Origin: Macrostomum lignano
Lineage: Eukaryota
Direction of reading: 5' to 3'
NCBI GenBank assembly: GCA_002269645.1
Contig: NIVC01002767.1
Span: 1 to 64,000 of the forward strand
DNA length: 64,000 bases
The notes beneath the pieces were generated by a model. It searched no databases. It saw nothing but the letters and a program-made list of their open reading frames with translations, and was not told the origin of the DNA. Both the position numbers and the translations under genes were made by a program. Within the stretch, counting starts at the first letter, position 1; each line of letters begins with the position of its first letter. Below are positions 35,245-47,988 of the stretch, one piece after another.

Positions 35245-35870
35245 ATATTCTGACTGAGTGATTTGTCTAGCTAGATATTGTGACTAAGGCAATTTGTCTA
35301 GCTGGATAGTGTGACTGGGCAATTTGTTTAGCTGGATATTGTGACTGGGCAATTTGTTTAGCTGGATATTGTGACTGGGCAATTTGTCTAACTAGATATT
35401 GTGACTGGGCAATTTGTCTAGCTGGATATTGTGACTGGGCAATTTGTCTAGCTGGATATTGTGACAAGGGCAATTTGTCTAGCTAGATATTGTGACTGGG
35501 CAATTTGTCTAGCTGGATATTGTGACTGGGGCAATTTGTTTAGCTGGATATTGTGACGAGGGCAATTTGTTTAGCTGGATACTGTGACTGGGGCAATTTG
35601 TCTAACTGGATATTGTGACTGGGCAATTTGTCTAATTGGATATTGTGACTGGGGCAATTTCTAACTAGATATTGTGACTAGGGCAATTTGTCTGACTGGA
35701 TATTGTGACTGGGGCAATTTCTAGCTAGATATGCTGGTTGGGGCAATTTCTAACTAGATATTGTGACTAGGACAATTTCTAGCTGGATATGCTGGTTGGG
35801 GCAATTTGTCTAGCTAGATAATGACTAGGGCAATTTGTTTAGCTAGATATTATAATTAAGGCAATTAGTT
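35245..35870. repeat. 30-bp minisatellite gctggatattgtgactgggcaatttgtcta
   Basis: About twenty copies; an orphan unit recurs at about 37017-37050. Confidence 0.92.
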
Positions 35871-37130
35871 AAGCTATATATTATGACTATAGAAATTTGT
35901 GTCTTATTTGCTATAATACCTATATGTTTGACAAATATCTAACTAGGCCTAATACTATAGCAAAGAAATTTATTTTTGTAAACTAGGCAAAGGACACCTA
36001 CAATAGGATAGGGCATAGTCAAAACTGATATATAGACTATGAACTATAATATAATAAGGCCTAGCTATAATCTATAGGATATATTGAACATTTCTTAAGC
36101 CTAGCTGATCTATAGTTATATTTTCAATAACATCTTGAAAAGATCTGATTAGGCCTAGACCTAATATAATATATCCAACAACCAACAATTATTACATACA
36201 ATAGGCCTAATATAGGCCTATCAAGTCGATCTACCATTACCAATACCAATCTACCAAAAACACTGTTAGTGTTAGCAAGGACCACTAGAAGAAGAAGGAC
36301 GGGACACTTTGTTTCTTGGAAATTTTTTAAAGGCTGATTTTCATGGAAAAATGCACTAGCGAGATAGGAACTTTTTACTTTTTTTCACTTTAAAATGGTA
36401 ATAGCTTTTTATTGGAAGCAGATACAAAGCTATTCTTTAGATATAACTTACAAAACATGTTGCTTCAACGGATTTTACAACTAGATTTTTTTACAATTAA
36501 TTGATATTCATAATTGGCTATAATTATATGCATAGCTAGTATAGCTAAGGTATAGCTACATAAAATACAAGTTTATTTTATATGAAAAGTATAAAACTAA
36601 AATGAACAAGCAGTGAATCGGGCATATAATTATAGCCAACTGTTTTTTTAATGATATATTGCTAATAAATATATGCATTCGATTAAAAAGATATTGTAAT
36701 TTTCAAGTTAGTCACTAGTTAGCTTTAAACAATAATTGCTGCATGATATAGCTAGTAGGGCCTAACTAAAATGATATGAAGATCAATTAACTGTAAAAAA
36801 ATCTTTATAAAATCGGTTGAAGCAACATGCTTTGTAAGTTATATCAAAATAAGAGCTTTGTATCTGCTTCCAATAAAAAGCTATTACCATTTTAAAGTGA
36901 AAAAAGTGAAAAGTTCCTATCACTCTATTGCATTTTTCCGTGAAAATCAGCCTTTATTAAATTTTCCAAGAAACGAAGTGTCCCGTCCTTCTTCTAGTGG
37001 TCCTTGGGTGTTAGTTGGATATTGTGACTGGGGCAATTTGTCTAACTGAATTAATATTGTGATTTTGTGATATTGTGAATTTTAATAGTATTTAGGCCTA
37101 GTATGCAATTAGTATTATTGTTTGTCATTT

Positions 37131-37337
37131 TGTAACGCGCGGTATTTGGCAGTGCAAAAATCAATTCGAAGGCCCTGTGAGGCGTGCTGGCTATATGCGA
37201 GTCAACGATGTACATAGAGAGAGAGCGAACGTACAATCGTACATTAAAAGCGATACAATTATTCAGCAAAGTATTTGTCATAGTTCAATGATACAAGTTC
37301 AGTAACTGCCAATAAGGCATGGAATAAAACCAGTACA
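37131..37337 (-). repeat. Candidate 3' LTR of an older Gypsy element
   Basis: TGTA...TACA termini preceded by a purine-rich tract (GGGGTGGGGCGAGGTAGAAA); no partner LTR in the window. Confidence 0.45.
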
Positions 37338-37735
37338 TTTCTACCTCGCCCCACCCCGCGAAACAGGTAAAATAACGGAGGGAATTAAAAACATAAACAC
37401 GTCATCAATATGAATTGTAAAATTGAAACACAGAACCTTTTAAAAAGCATGCATTCACGGTCTCTGACAGTCCTTCACTCTCAGCTCACTCAGTGCTCAC
37501 ACTGAAGCGGCTTGCGAGTGGAAGCTTGAAAAGCAGCAAGCGAGCAAAAGATCTTGTGTATATTTGTTTAAGCATAGTCTTTATACTTGAGAGAATAGGG
37601 AGGTGTGAGTCAGAGCGAACTGGCTGGCTGGGCAAAACTCCCCAGCAGCCAGGCGTGCAGGGGCCTGTGTACAGGCGGGCCCCGCTCTCAACCGTGCACC
37701 AGTCTGGCCGCCACAGAGCTCCCCCCAGCACCGAG

Positions 37736-40700
37736 CTATTCGGCCAAGGCCGCCGGGCTCGGACGGCACCGGCGGGGTGGCAGTTGGCGGCTGGGGAAAG
37801 CAGCAGTGCGTTGGGCCGCCGGCGGAAAGTCGCCAGCTGAAGAGGCGGGGTCGGCGGCAGAGTGCGCTGGGGGCGGCTCAGCGGGCAGCCGCGGCGGGCG
37901 GCCTCTCGGTCGCAGGGCCGGCGTCGGGAACGGGTCGACCGCGTCGATGACGGCTGGCTTCAGTCTCTCCACTGACACTCGGTCGCGTCGAGTGCCCAGG
38001 TCCAGCAGGAAAGCTTTGGCGTCCCGCTCGAGGACCTTGAACGGGCCGTCGTAAGGTCGCTGCAGCGGAGGGCGGTGGCCGTCGCGCCGGACGAAAACGA
38101 ACTGGCAGGCGTCGAGGGCGGCCGGCCAAGCTGTGGGGCGGCTGCCGTGACGGGACGTCGGCGTCGGCCGGAATGCCTGGACGGCGCCGCGGAGCCGGCG
38201 AGGAACTGTTCGTAGTCGCCGGCCGGCGGGCTGGGCTGCAGGCACTCGCCAGGCACGCAGAGGGGCGCTCCGTAGACCAGCTCGGCCGACGATGCCGGCA
38301 GGTCCTCCTTGGGGGCCGTCCGGATGCCGAGCAGCACCCAGAGTAGCTCGCTGACCCAGGCTGGTCCGGCCAGTCGCGTCATGAGGGAGGACTTCAGCTG
38401 CCGGTGGAAACGCTCGACCAGCCTGTTCGCCTGCGGATGGAAAGCCGTTGTCCGGTGGAGCTGCATTCCGAGGAGCCGTGAGACGTTGGACCACAGCTGC
38501 GACGTGAACTGCGAGCCGCGGTCCGAGGTGCTGTCGCTTGGCACTCCAAACCTGGCGATCCAGTGGGCGATGAAGGCGGAGGCGCACGCGGCCGCGGAGG
38601 TGTCGGTCATCGGGATCGCCTCCGGCCACCGGGTGAAACGGTCCAAGATGGTCAGCAAGTGCGTGAAACCTTGCGAAGGCGGCAGCGGCCCCACCAGGTC
38701 GACGTGCACGTGGGCGAAGCGCTGGTCCGGGACGCGGATATTGCCAACCGGGGCGGCGACGTGCCGGTGCACCTTGGCCGTCTGGCAGGCGACACAGGAC
38801 CGGGCCCACCGGCTAACGTCCTTGTTCATGCCGGCCCACACGAACTTGGCGGCCACGAGGCGCCGCGTGCTGCGGACGTGGGCGAGGCCGTGGATGGTGT
38901 CGAAGACGGGGCGTCTGAAATTCGGCGGCACCAACGGGCGCGGCCGGCCTGTGGAGATGTCGCAGAGCAGGGCGACACCGGGGCTGAGCTGCAGCGGCTC
39001 AAGTTGGAGGCTGGCGTCCGCCTGACTGGCCGTATCGGCCGCCTGCGCCTGGGCCATGGACGCGAAATCCACGCCAGGGAGCAGCCGGGGCTGCACGGAA
39101 GAGACCGTGCAGCGGGACAGCGCATCTGCGACCGAGTTGTCCTTGCCCGCACGTGCTGGATGTCCGTGGTGAACTCGGACACGTAGGCCAGGTGGCGCTG
39201 CTGTCGGGCGGACCACGGGTCCGACATCTTGGACATGGCGGCGACCAGCGGCTTGTGGTCCGTGAAAGCGGTGAACGCGCGGCCCTCCAGGAAATAGCGG
39301 AAGTGCCGCACCGCCAGGTACAGGGCGAGCAGCTCGCGGTCGAACGCGCTGTACTTCTGCTCGGGCGGGCGCAGCTGCCGGCTGAAGAAGGCGAGCGGCT
39401 GCCAGGCGCTGCCAACCCGCTGCTCGAGCGCTGCCCCGACCGCGGTATCGGAGGCGTCGACGGTGAGGGCGATGGGCGCGTCTGGCCGCGGGTGCGCCAG
39501 CATGGCGGCGGAGGCCAGCGCCCGCTTCGCTCCATCGAAAGCGGCGGTCAGCTCGGGCGTCCACCGGACGAACTTCTCCTTGCCGGCCATGGCCGCATGG
39601 ATGGGGCGCAGCAGCTGGGCGGCGCGCGGCACGAAGCGGTGGTAGAAATTCACCATGCCGGCGAACTCCTGCAGGCCCTTGACGGTGGCTGGCGGTGCGA
39701 ATCTGGCGATGCGTCGACTTTGGCGGGCAGCGGCACGGCTCCCTGGGCGCTGTTCCGGTGGCCGAGGAAGTCGATCTTGGCCGGGTTGACGATAAGGCCG
39801 TTGTCCATCAGGCGCTGGAAAAGCGTCCGCAAGTGCTCCAGGTGCTGCTGCGGGCTGCGGCTAGCGACCAGGAAGTCGTCTATGTAGGCGAAGACAAAGT
39901 CCAGGTCTTGGCAGACGGAGTCCACCAACCGCTGGAAGGCCTGGGCGGCGTTCTTGAGACCGAATGGCATTCGCAAGAACTCGAAGAGGCTGAACGGGGT
40001 GGTGACGGCGGTCTTGGGCACGTCGGCTGCGGCCACGGGCACCTGGAGGTAGCCACGAGCCAGGTCGATCTTGGAGAAAACCGAGCAGCCGGCTAGGCGC
40101 ACTGAGAAGTCCTGGATGTGCGGCACCGGGTGGCGGTCGGGCACCGTGGCGTCGTTTAGCCGCCTGAAATCGCCGCAGGGCCGCCAGCCGCCGGAGGCTT
40201 TTGGGACCATATGCAACGGCGAGGACCAAGGGCTCTTGGACCGGCGAACGATGCCGAGTTGCTCCAGGAGCCGGAACTCCTCCTTGGCCACCGCCAGCTT
40301 GTCCGGCGGCAGGCGGCGAGGGCGGGCATGGACCGGCGGGCCCTGCGTCGGGATGTGGTGCTCCACCCCGTGTCGTGGCTCAGCCCGCTGGAAACTGGGC
40401 TCGGTGAGGGCGGGGAACTCGGCCAACAGCTGGCTGTACGGGTCCGCAGCGGCGGCTGCGGCGAGTTGCAGTCCGGGCCTCGCGCCGTCCAGCAGGTGCA
40501 CGCTGGCGAGCGAGCGGGCGTCCAGGAGGCGCCGGTGCGGCAGGTCCACCAGCAGGCCGTGGTGCCGCAGAAACTCGGCGCCGATCAGCGGGCGGGAGAC
40601 CTCGGCCAGAAGGAACGGCCAGGAGCAGCGCCGGATGCCGAGGTCCAACGTGAGCTGGCGGGTGCCGAAGGTTCGGATGAGGCTGCCGTTGGCTGCGAAA
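37736..40700 (-). pseudogene. pol: Pol (PR C-half, RT, RNase H, IN) of the CsRn1-type element; frameshifted; PR N-half at 46910-47086
   Basis: LVDTGAEVS (right part), WSSPLHMVPK, PFGLKNAAQAFQR, YIDD, TDASD, FTDHKPL, HVHVDLVGPL, VERFHRQLK, YDGPFKVL. Confidence 0.9.
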
Positions 40701-42093
40701 CCCGGTGTAAAAAGTGGGGTCAAGCGGACGTCTTTCGGACCCCGACGGGTCCTCATTGGGGTTGCGTCTGCTTTAGGAAAAAATATCTAGTTTTTACATT
40801 AAATCACTCTAAAGAGCCATATTTCAGTAACTTCATGGCTAAAAAGTTTGTCATCTTTGTACTTATGTGGGTCCGTTATTCGTCCCTAATGGTCCGTTTT
40901 GATCCGACTCCTCAAAAAATGCAATTTTTTTCTAACGCCGTATAAATGTCCCTTTTGCTGTGATTTCGGTTAGTTTTGGGTTTATTTTCAAGTATTCACC
41001 TTTGTGTACTGACAACTAGCACTTTTTGACAGTCCGATTTAAAAAGATACGTCAGATGAAAAGTGACCCTTGATAATTCTCCAGTTGCATAATTTACTAC
41101 TTGTGATAGTAGAAAAGTTGGCGAAGTTTCTTTTTCAAACTTTTGTGTTTTGTGTTTTGGGGCTTCGAGATTGCAGTCGCGGGACATTAGCCTTTCAGTT
41201 GAAAACAAATTATTCTTTTGTGTGAATTTATATTTTCGTTTTTTATAGACTCATTTTTAAACTATCTTTTAAATCTACTCGTACATTTTTGATTGGGGTG
41301 TCGCGTAAAATGCATCAACAGTAAGTCTGACCATGCCTTACTACTTTTGACAGTAGGGTTCACCAAAAAGGACAATACCCTGAGTGATAACTGCTTTTTA
41401 TTAAAAATACCAAATTAACTAGTTATTAATTGCGTACAATCACTTTTCGATTATGTAAATATTTTGCAGTGCCAGAGTTTTTGAATTTGGAAAAGAAGTT
41501 GGTCAAATTTTCAGTGCGCACCTGATCCGTGTAAATGCGAGTTTAGCAACGTTGGGCGTGGGTTTAAAACTCAGAAATTTCGGGAAAACAGAAAGTGAAT
41601 GAGCTCAATGTAGCACTGAGCCGCCGAAGGGCTGGCGCCAGATTTTGGTGGACCAGGGCCCCGAAGCCTTCGCCAGCGCCATCAAGGAGCAATATATATG
41701 TAAAGAAAACTCAGAATCAACATTTTGAGTTTTCTTTACTTAATTGTTGTCAAGCGAGCAACCCTATCGCAATATGTTACAGAGATCGTGTTAGATTTCC
41801 CGCGGGTGATCCGATAGATTGCTTGCTTCTTCCCGCAGATCAGACAGAAGGGTCCAGTCCTCTAAAAAGGAACATTTAAATGCGTACCTATGATTCTTGT
41901 TTACGGGTAAAAATATGACTTAATTAGTTATGATACTGGTTAACGATTCTTTCATTACAATCAACGCGTGGTAGTGTCCTTAGAGATTTAGTATATTTAG
42001 ATTAAGATTAGTGTATTTGGATATTATATTATATTATATTTGGATATTAATACATGCAACTTATATTATTAAGCCATAGAGTACGCTAGATAG

Positions 42094-42261
42094 CAGTAGC
42101 GCAACCAGAAATTTTTTAAGGGGGGGATTCTGAAGGGTAAAGCCCGGGAGGGGGCGGAGGGGTGGCTCTGTTTTTGGCAGAAATTCGCTTGGTCCCCCTT
42201 TGATTTTTTTCGGTCTCTGCCTAAGGGGGGCGACCGCCCCCGCCCCCTAGCTTCGCCACTG
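42094..42261. mobile_element. hAT-like MITE (CAGTRGCG termini) nested in the DNA element
   Basis: cagtagcg...cgccactg termini resemble the MITE at 56863; no TSD found. Confidence 0.45.
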
Positions 42262-42499
42262 TAAACTATACACAATATAGTACAATTTGCCTTAACAGCC
42301 TAGCCTCACTTTGCACAATTTTTCACTTTCTTCTTGGCGATTTTCATTCAATAATTAAGAGTTTATAGCAAGTATATCCCTCTAGTTAAGGAGACAAAAA
42401 GTTATACTTTACAAATTGGTTCTGGTTCTAGAAGCAGAACAAGCAATATGAAAAGCCTCGTTGTGAAAATTAGGGTTTGTGAAACGACCATAGAGAGGG

Positions 42500-42503
42500 T
42501 GAC

Positions 42504-42574
<71 letters not shown>

Positions 42575-42578
42575 GAGA
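42500..42578. repeat. (GA)n microsatellite
   Basis: Direct reading. Confidence 0.95.
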
Positions 42579-44259
42579 GCTACCATGGGGTGGGCAAACT
42601 CCGGTCCGCAGGCCAAAGCCTCTCCATCCGGCCCTCGGGCCCTTGGACACATTTAGAATTGCAAATGGCAATCCAGCCATCAAGTTTTGTCTCTTCTCAG
42701 TTATCTTTCGATCCTGCTCTCCTCTTATCTCCTCGCATCTCTCCTCTGCTCGCCTCTCTCCTCTCCTCGCCTCTCTCCTCTCCTCTTATCTCCTTTCTTC
42801 TCACTTATCTTTTCTCTCAAACTCTCATCCACTCCCTATAGGATTCTAATTCTAGCTGTTTCAAATGTGTCCTTTTCGAAGCCATTGAAGCAGCCAGAGC
42901 TGAACTACAATCTACGTTAAAATTTATATGGTTGTTTACTTTATGAGACTGAGTTGGAACAGAAAAGGAACTATTTCAAAGGTCTGTTGGTAGCAAACAA
43001 TCGGGCAGTGTGTTGGTGGGGAAGTATCAGAGAGCTCTGAAGACAACAGCTGTTATATTTAGAAGTCTCTGGGAGGGAAGTATGTATCAATTTTATTTCA
43101 AACTGAATTGCCAGGGATATAGCGTTTGTAGACTCGAAGCCTCTCGAGCCTTTCCTTCCGACGTTTTTATGGCCACGACCAGCTGTCATACCCCCCCCCC
43201 GATAAAAAAGTTTCTTTGTTTGATCCAGGCATGGTCTAGGGTTCACAGACCATGAATAGTATTGGTTCCACGATTTCTGTTAGCTTACAGCTATAAATCT
43301 TGGTTAATAGTCTAAAAAGGCCTTCAACAAAGCAAAAAAGAGAGCAAAGTAGAGAAAAGAAAACCAGTCTAGCGTTCTCGAGGTTTCAGTCTCTGTGTAT
43401 TGATATTGCCAGTTGCGACTGCGAATAGAAGATAGAACATATTTACGCGGGCCACAACAAGTCAGGTTATACTGTCTGTTTTTCTACATTTAGCCACATC
43501 AATTCTTGGACAGTTCCATACAGAGATATGTGGATAGATAAATTCAAACGGGTCGGCACTAAACACAAGGAATGTCCGCATTATAATAAGCAGTCATTGA
43601 TATATCTATAGTTGCCAGGTAACTTAGAGATTTGCTTGCTTCACAAGAATGAAAATACGAGCTAATTAAATCAGTAGCGAATCACTCCAAACTAGTCAAT
43701 GAAATAACAATCCAAGAATCATCATGGGGAGCATGAAACACTTCCTGTCTGGCACTATAGAAAAAAATTGCGCGGCCTTCGGAATAGAAGCCGATTTGGA
43801 GGCGGGAGGACTCATACGGATATTGGTAGAGGCTGCCAGTACTGTCTATTACTGTCTCCTTCAGTGCGCCTTCTCTTAGGTGGCATTTTTCAAGACTATT
43901 GAATACGGTACAGAGTACAATAGAAAATAAAAAATGCATATTAGAGTAGAGTTATCTGGTAGGTATTGAACATGGGATATACAAATTGATTCGTCCGTAA
44001 AGGGTCGGAGCAAGGTAGGAGCCGGGATGGAGAAATTGATTGGGGCTGGGCGGGTGGAATGGAGGGATAGGATTGGTCGGGAGGTCTTGAATGTGGAGGG
44101 TGGTGGGGTTGAGAGAGGGAACTGGGCAAGGCTGAGCTTTTATGCAGTAAAATTATCCTGCAAACAGTAAAAAACTGAATTTCCCACTCTTTCTGCAAAA
44201 TTCGATATCTTCACAGTCGGCATTATATTTCCAGCACCAGCATTACATTACATTGCAAC

Positions 44260-46508
44260 ATGTCAAGCGCGGGCATTCGCTTCATTATTTTCTTCATGGA
44301 CGACGGCCAAATTCTGGAGAAGTCCGAGGAGGAACTGACACTCGGCCACTACCAAGGCTTCACGTCCGATGACTGGCGAGCAATGGACGAGGCGCGAATG
44401 TACGAGCCAACGCGAATGGAGGTGCGGGCAGAGTACGGCGAAGAGTGGTATTCAGCCATCATACTGCAAGTGGTGCTGGACCCAGAGACAGACAGCGCGC
44501 CAACCATTCATCATCTCCGCAGAATGCGCATCGAGAAGAAGAAGACGCTGGACTCTCTTCTCAAAGCGATTCGGCGAGTTAATTGCGGTCAGCGGAATCG
44601 AATCTCGCCGATCGATGTGAGTCTTTCCACATACCTTTGGATACCTTTCCTATTAGTGCATAGTATATGTGAGGGTGAGAGTGAGAGCAGACGAGACTGA
44701 GAGTGCGATGCGGTGAGGATGGAGGTGAGCAGCTCTGCTGTATGGGGTGGAAGGCGCCAGAAGGATGAGGCGATGCTGAACGACTGATTCATTAGGATAT
44801 TCGCTACGGACATTATCTCAGAATTTGATTCTATCTTCTACATGTATTGATTCACAGAACATGCCAACGTCTGAGGAAAGCGAGAAGGATCAGGAAGGCG
44901 ACTGCACCCTTACTCCTTCGGCACCCCTCGACACACCAAGTGCGCTGCGACCGACACTGCCGTCATTGCCGATGTCGACACTTCGTTCCACACCCCTCAG
45001 CACACCAAGTGGGATGCGACCGACACTGTCGTCAATGCCAACACTGATGCAGCGGCCGTTTCGGCAGCTTGTGTCAGATGAGTCCAGAGCAGTCTCTGAA
45101 GCTTCTGGAAGCGGTCACGGTGCTTATGAGCCTCCAAGTACCGTCTCCAAGAGCACAGAGCAGGACCGGCCTGAGGGCGGAGCAGCTTCGAGCGGCCTCG
45201 GGTTCCACCCCTCAGCGTTGCGGGACATTCCAGCGCAGCTGATAGGCCTGGGACTCGATCCGGAGTCCATGTGTAGCGTCGCATACCTAGCCACTCTGGC
45301 TACTCGCAGAGCTTGCGAGACGCACGAGGCCGTAAAAACGCTGCAGAGGGAGTTATCCACCATCATTGAGGGTCTGTCCGCTCAAGTGGCTGTACTCAAT
45401 CGACGAATGCAGGTACATCCGCAACACGGGGCAGTCGTGGCAGATTCGACTAGGCGCGACAACTTTCGCCCGATCAATTCCTGGCCGGATTACATTCGCT
45501 TCATCACTTCACGAGCGGAGCGAAGCAACTTGGTAAGAACACAGTAAGCATGGCTAATGCACCATATGGCAAATATTGAGAGTTCTGTGATATTATTTCC
45601 AAATGAATTTCCCACAAAACAGGCTCCAAGTCTACTCGGATGCCGGGCTGCTAGTACGCATGACACTGTCAAGCGCATGCTAAATAAATGCCTGTCGCCG
45701 GAACTACAATGCCTCGTGAACTGGTCCGGTAGGAACATGGCCAGACGACTTCTGGATGAGCACCCAGATGTCCAAGTGACGGACTCCTTCTTGGCTTTCA
45801 GAAATGCGCTGGACGTCTTCCTAGGTGAGTTTTTCCTGCTCAATATCATGCCATGCATACCCTTGGGAGTGTTTCAAGGGGTTGTAATTGAGAGTAGGAA
45901 AGGGATGAATTCACGAAAAATCGGGGTCGCTTCACAAGCGCTAAATTTCACAAATTTCACAAGCGCAAAAAAAATTCTAAATCTTTGTGCGAACACAATT
46001 TTTATTGTAAAGTTTTCAACATGTGCAATCTTACTATCTTACTTATAGCAGTAGTCCCGATCACATCTGATAAAATCCTTAAGCACAAAACTGCAGAGCG
46101 TTCAGAACGTGCGAATAAATGCAGAGGGGTGAGAAAATAGTTGAAGGAAATTAAGCCTGCTATTCCAGTTATTCACTTTGCATCCAAAAATCCAATCTCC
46201 CTTTCGATTCCTCAGAGGCCATCATCGCTTTGTACCCAGAGGAGGCCAGGCGGCCTTCCGAGTACGATGTAGAGAAGACGCTGAAAGACCTTCTGAAGCA
46301 CGCCGCAGAGAGGCAGGCCGCAAGGCGCCGCCGGACGCTCGAGCCTAGGGAAGCTGGAGCGGCGAGACAGGAGGGCATTCAACAGCAAGCTGTTGCAGCG
46401 CAAGGCCATCGGCAGCGAGCGGCTGGCCGTCAGCAGCGACAGACGGGCTGTCGAGGTCCAGCGTCGAAGTACCCTCGCGTTAGCAGCAGTGACAGCTCCA
46501 GTGACTAA
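44260..46508 (+). CDS. Spliced 508-aa DUF4806/BEN-like transposon accessory protein; exons 44260-44616, 44858-45532, 45623-45824, 46216-46508
   Basis: Four GT-AG exons with consistent phases and no stops; DTVKRMLNKCLSPELQCLVNWSGR and KTLKDLLKHAAER resemble DUF4806 motifs. Confidence 0.65.
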
Positions 46509-47041
46509 TTTTATACATTTATACACATTTATACTTAAGCAATCACAAACTTAAACTTGCTAGTTTAATGCTAAACTTTAGCTTAACTCAATGCTAAAAT
46601 AAAGCGTTCGGCTTTACATTTTTAAACAACTGCTTTGTCTTTCTTCTTCTCATTTCTAACATCGAATCTGCACGCATAGCTAGTGCTAATATTTTATCAA
46701 CTATTATGTTAGCAAAACGCATCCAAAACACATGTTGTACACTCTACTGAATCCGACTATAAGTAGTATGAAACGCTTTTTCCACAGTCCGGAAATCGTT
46801 CGCTGTTGGTAAGAAAAAGACGTCTTTTCGACTAAAATACTTTGTACCGCGGTCGTACCCGGGGACCCTGACATGTACGAGTCCGAACGACGACTTTTTT
46901 TACACCGGGAAAGCGGCGGGCCTGCGAGTGCAGGCGGGCGTCGGAACCGGCGACGTGGAAAATGCTGACCTCGGCGCCGGTGTCGACCAGGAAACGCCGG
47001 CCCGTCTGCACATCCGGGATGAGGAGCAGGCTGCTGGTGTT

Positions 47042-47086
47042 GCCGGCCGTCGAGCTGCTCACTGACGGCCGGCCTGCCCGTTTCCC
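47042..47086 (-). promoter_or_regulatory. -1 ribosomal frameshift signal of the CsRn1-type element
   Basis: G GGA AAC at 47080-47086, 6-nt spacer, perfect 10-bp stem GCCGGCCGTC/GACGGCCGGC. Confidence 0.8.
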
Positions 47087-47757
47087 TGGAAGCTGCACGG
47101 GAGTTCCCAGTGGCGGGCTTTCGCACCGAAACGACGATGAAAGAAACACAGGCCGTCGTCCGGGCGGTGCTGCTGGGGCCGTCTCTGTCTGGCGCCCTTG
47201 CTGGCCGCAAAGACTGCCGGCTGGGCTTGCTGGGCTGGGTCTGCCGCCGGCTGCTGGACGGAGGCCGCCACCAGCTGCGGCCGGCTGGCCCAGAGCTTGT
47301 CTGCCTCCTGCGCTGCTGCCCGGGGGTCCGCGAAACTGACGGTTGTCATGGCCATGCGTACTTCCGGTGGCAGCTGCTGGCGGAACAGCTCATCGAACAG
47401 CAGGCAGGGGCGGTGGTTCCCCAACAGGGCGAGCATCTCGTCCATCAGCTCGGAAGGCCGCCGGTCGCCGAGGCCGGACATGCTGAACAGGCGACTGGCC
47501 CGCTGCTGAGGAGTCAAATCGAAAGTGCTGTTGAGGCGCTCCTTTAGCTGAGAGTACTTGTTCGCCTCCGGAGGAGCCTCGAGCACATCGAGCAGGCGCT
47601 CTGCTGTCTGCTGGTCAAGAGCTGCGACCAGATGGGCGTACTGAGTGATGCCTCTCAGGGTAAACTGAGCTTCGGCCTGGATGAACCAGGCTCGAGGCTG
47701 GGCCGCCCAAAACGTGGGCAGCTTCAGGGACACAGCAGAGTCGGTTTGTTGGGCCAT
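47059..47757 (-). CDS. gag: Gag of the CsRn1-type element
   Basis: MAQQTDSAVSLKLPTFW, WFIQAEAQF, LGDRRPSELMDEML, CFFHRRFGAKARH(W)ELPC. Confidence 0.85.
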   Translation of the reverse strand: MAQQTDSAVSLKLPTFWAAQPRAWFIQAEAQFTLRGITQYAHLVAALDQQTAERLLDVLEAPPEANKYSQLKERLNSTFDLTPQQRASRLFSMSGLGDRRPSELMDEMLALLGNHRPCLLFDELFRQQLPPEVRMAMTTVSFADPRAAAQEADKLWASRPQLVAASVQQPAADPAQQAQPAVFAASKGARQRRPQQHRPDDGLCFFHRRFGAKARHWELPCSFQGNGQAGRQ

Positions 47758-47988
47758 TGCACGAAATGGCTGCGTAGGGCTCACCAATGAAGCGGCTTGC
47801 GAGTGGAAGCTTGAAAAGCAGCAAGCGAGCAAAAGATCTTGTGTATATTTGTTTAAGCATAGTCTTTATAGGGAGGTGTGAGTCAGAGCGAACTGGCTGG
47901 CTGGGCAAAACTCCCCAGCAGCCAGGCGTGCAGGGGCCTGTGCACAGGCGGGCCCCGCTCTCAACCGTGCACCAGTCTGGCCGCCACA

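Larger units (their letters stand above)
40701..46909. mobile_element. CMC/EnSpm-like DNA transposon derivative (6.2 kb)
   Basis: TIRs CCCGGTGTAAAAA at both ends; AAA on both flanks (2-3 bp TSD); removing it rejoins the protease; the superfamily is inferred from CCC termini, short TSD and cargo. Confidence 0.75.
37503..47988 (-). mobile_element. CsRn1-lineage Ty3/Gypsy LTR retrotransposon, interrupted at 40701-46909
   Basis: LTRs 37503-37715 and 47788-47988 (12-bp indel plus one substitution), 4-bp TSD ACAC, Trp-like PBS TGGTGAGCCCTACG, PPT GGGGGGAG, gag with KLPTFW and CHCC-type motif. Confidence 0.9.

Noticed and set aside
38309-40945. Long plus-strand ORFs opposite the CsRn1 pol
   Set aside because: Shadow ORFs of very GC-rich coding sequence with no recognisable domains.
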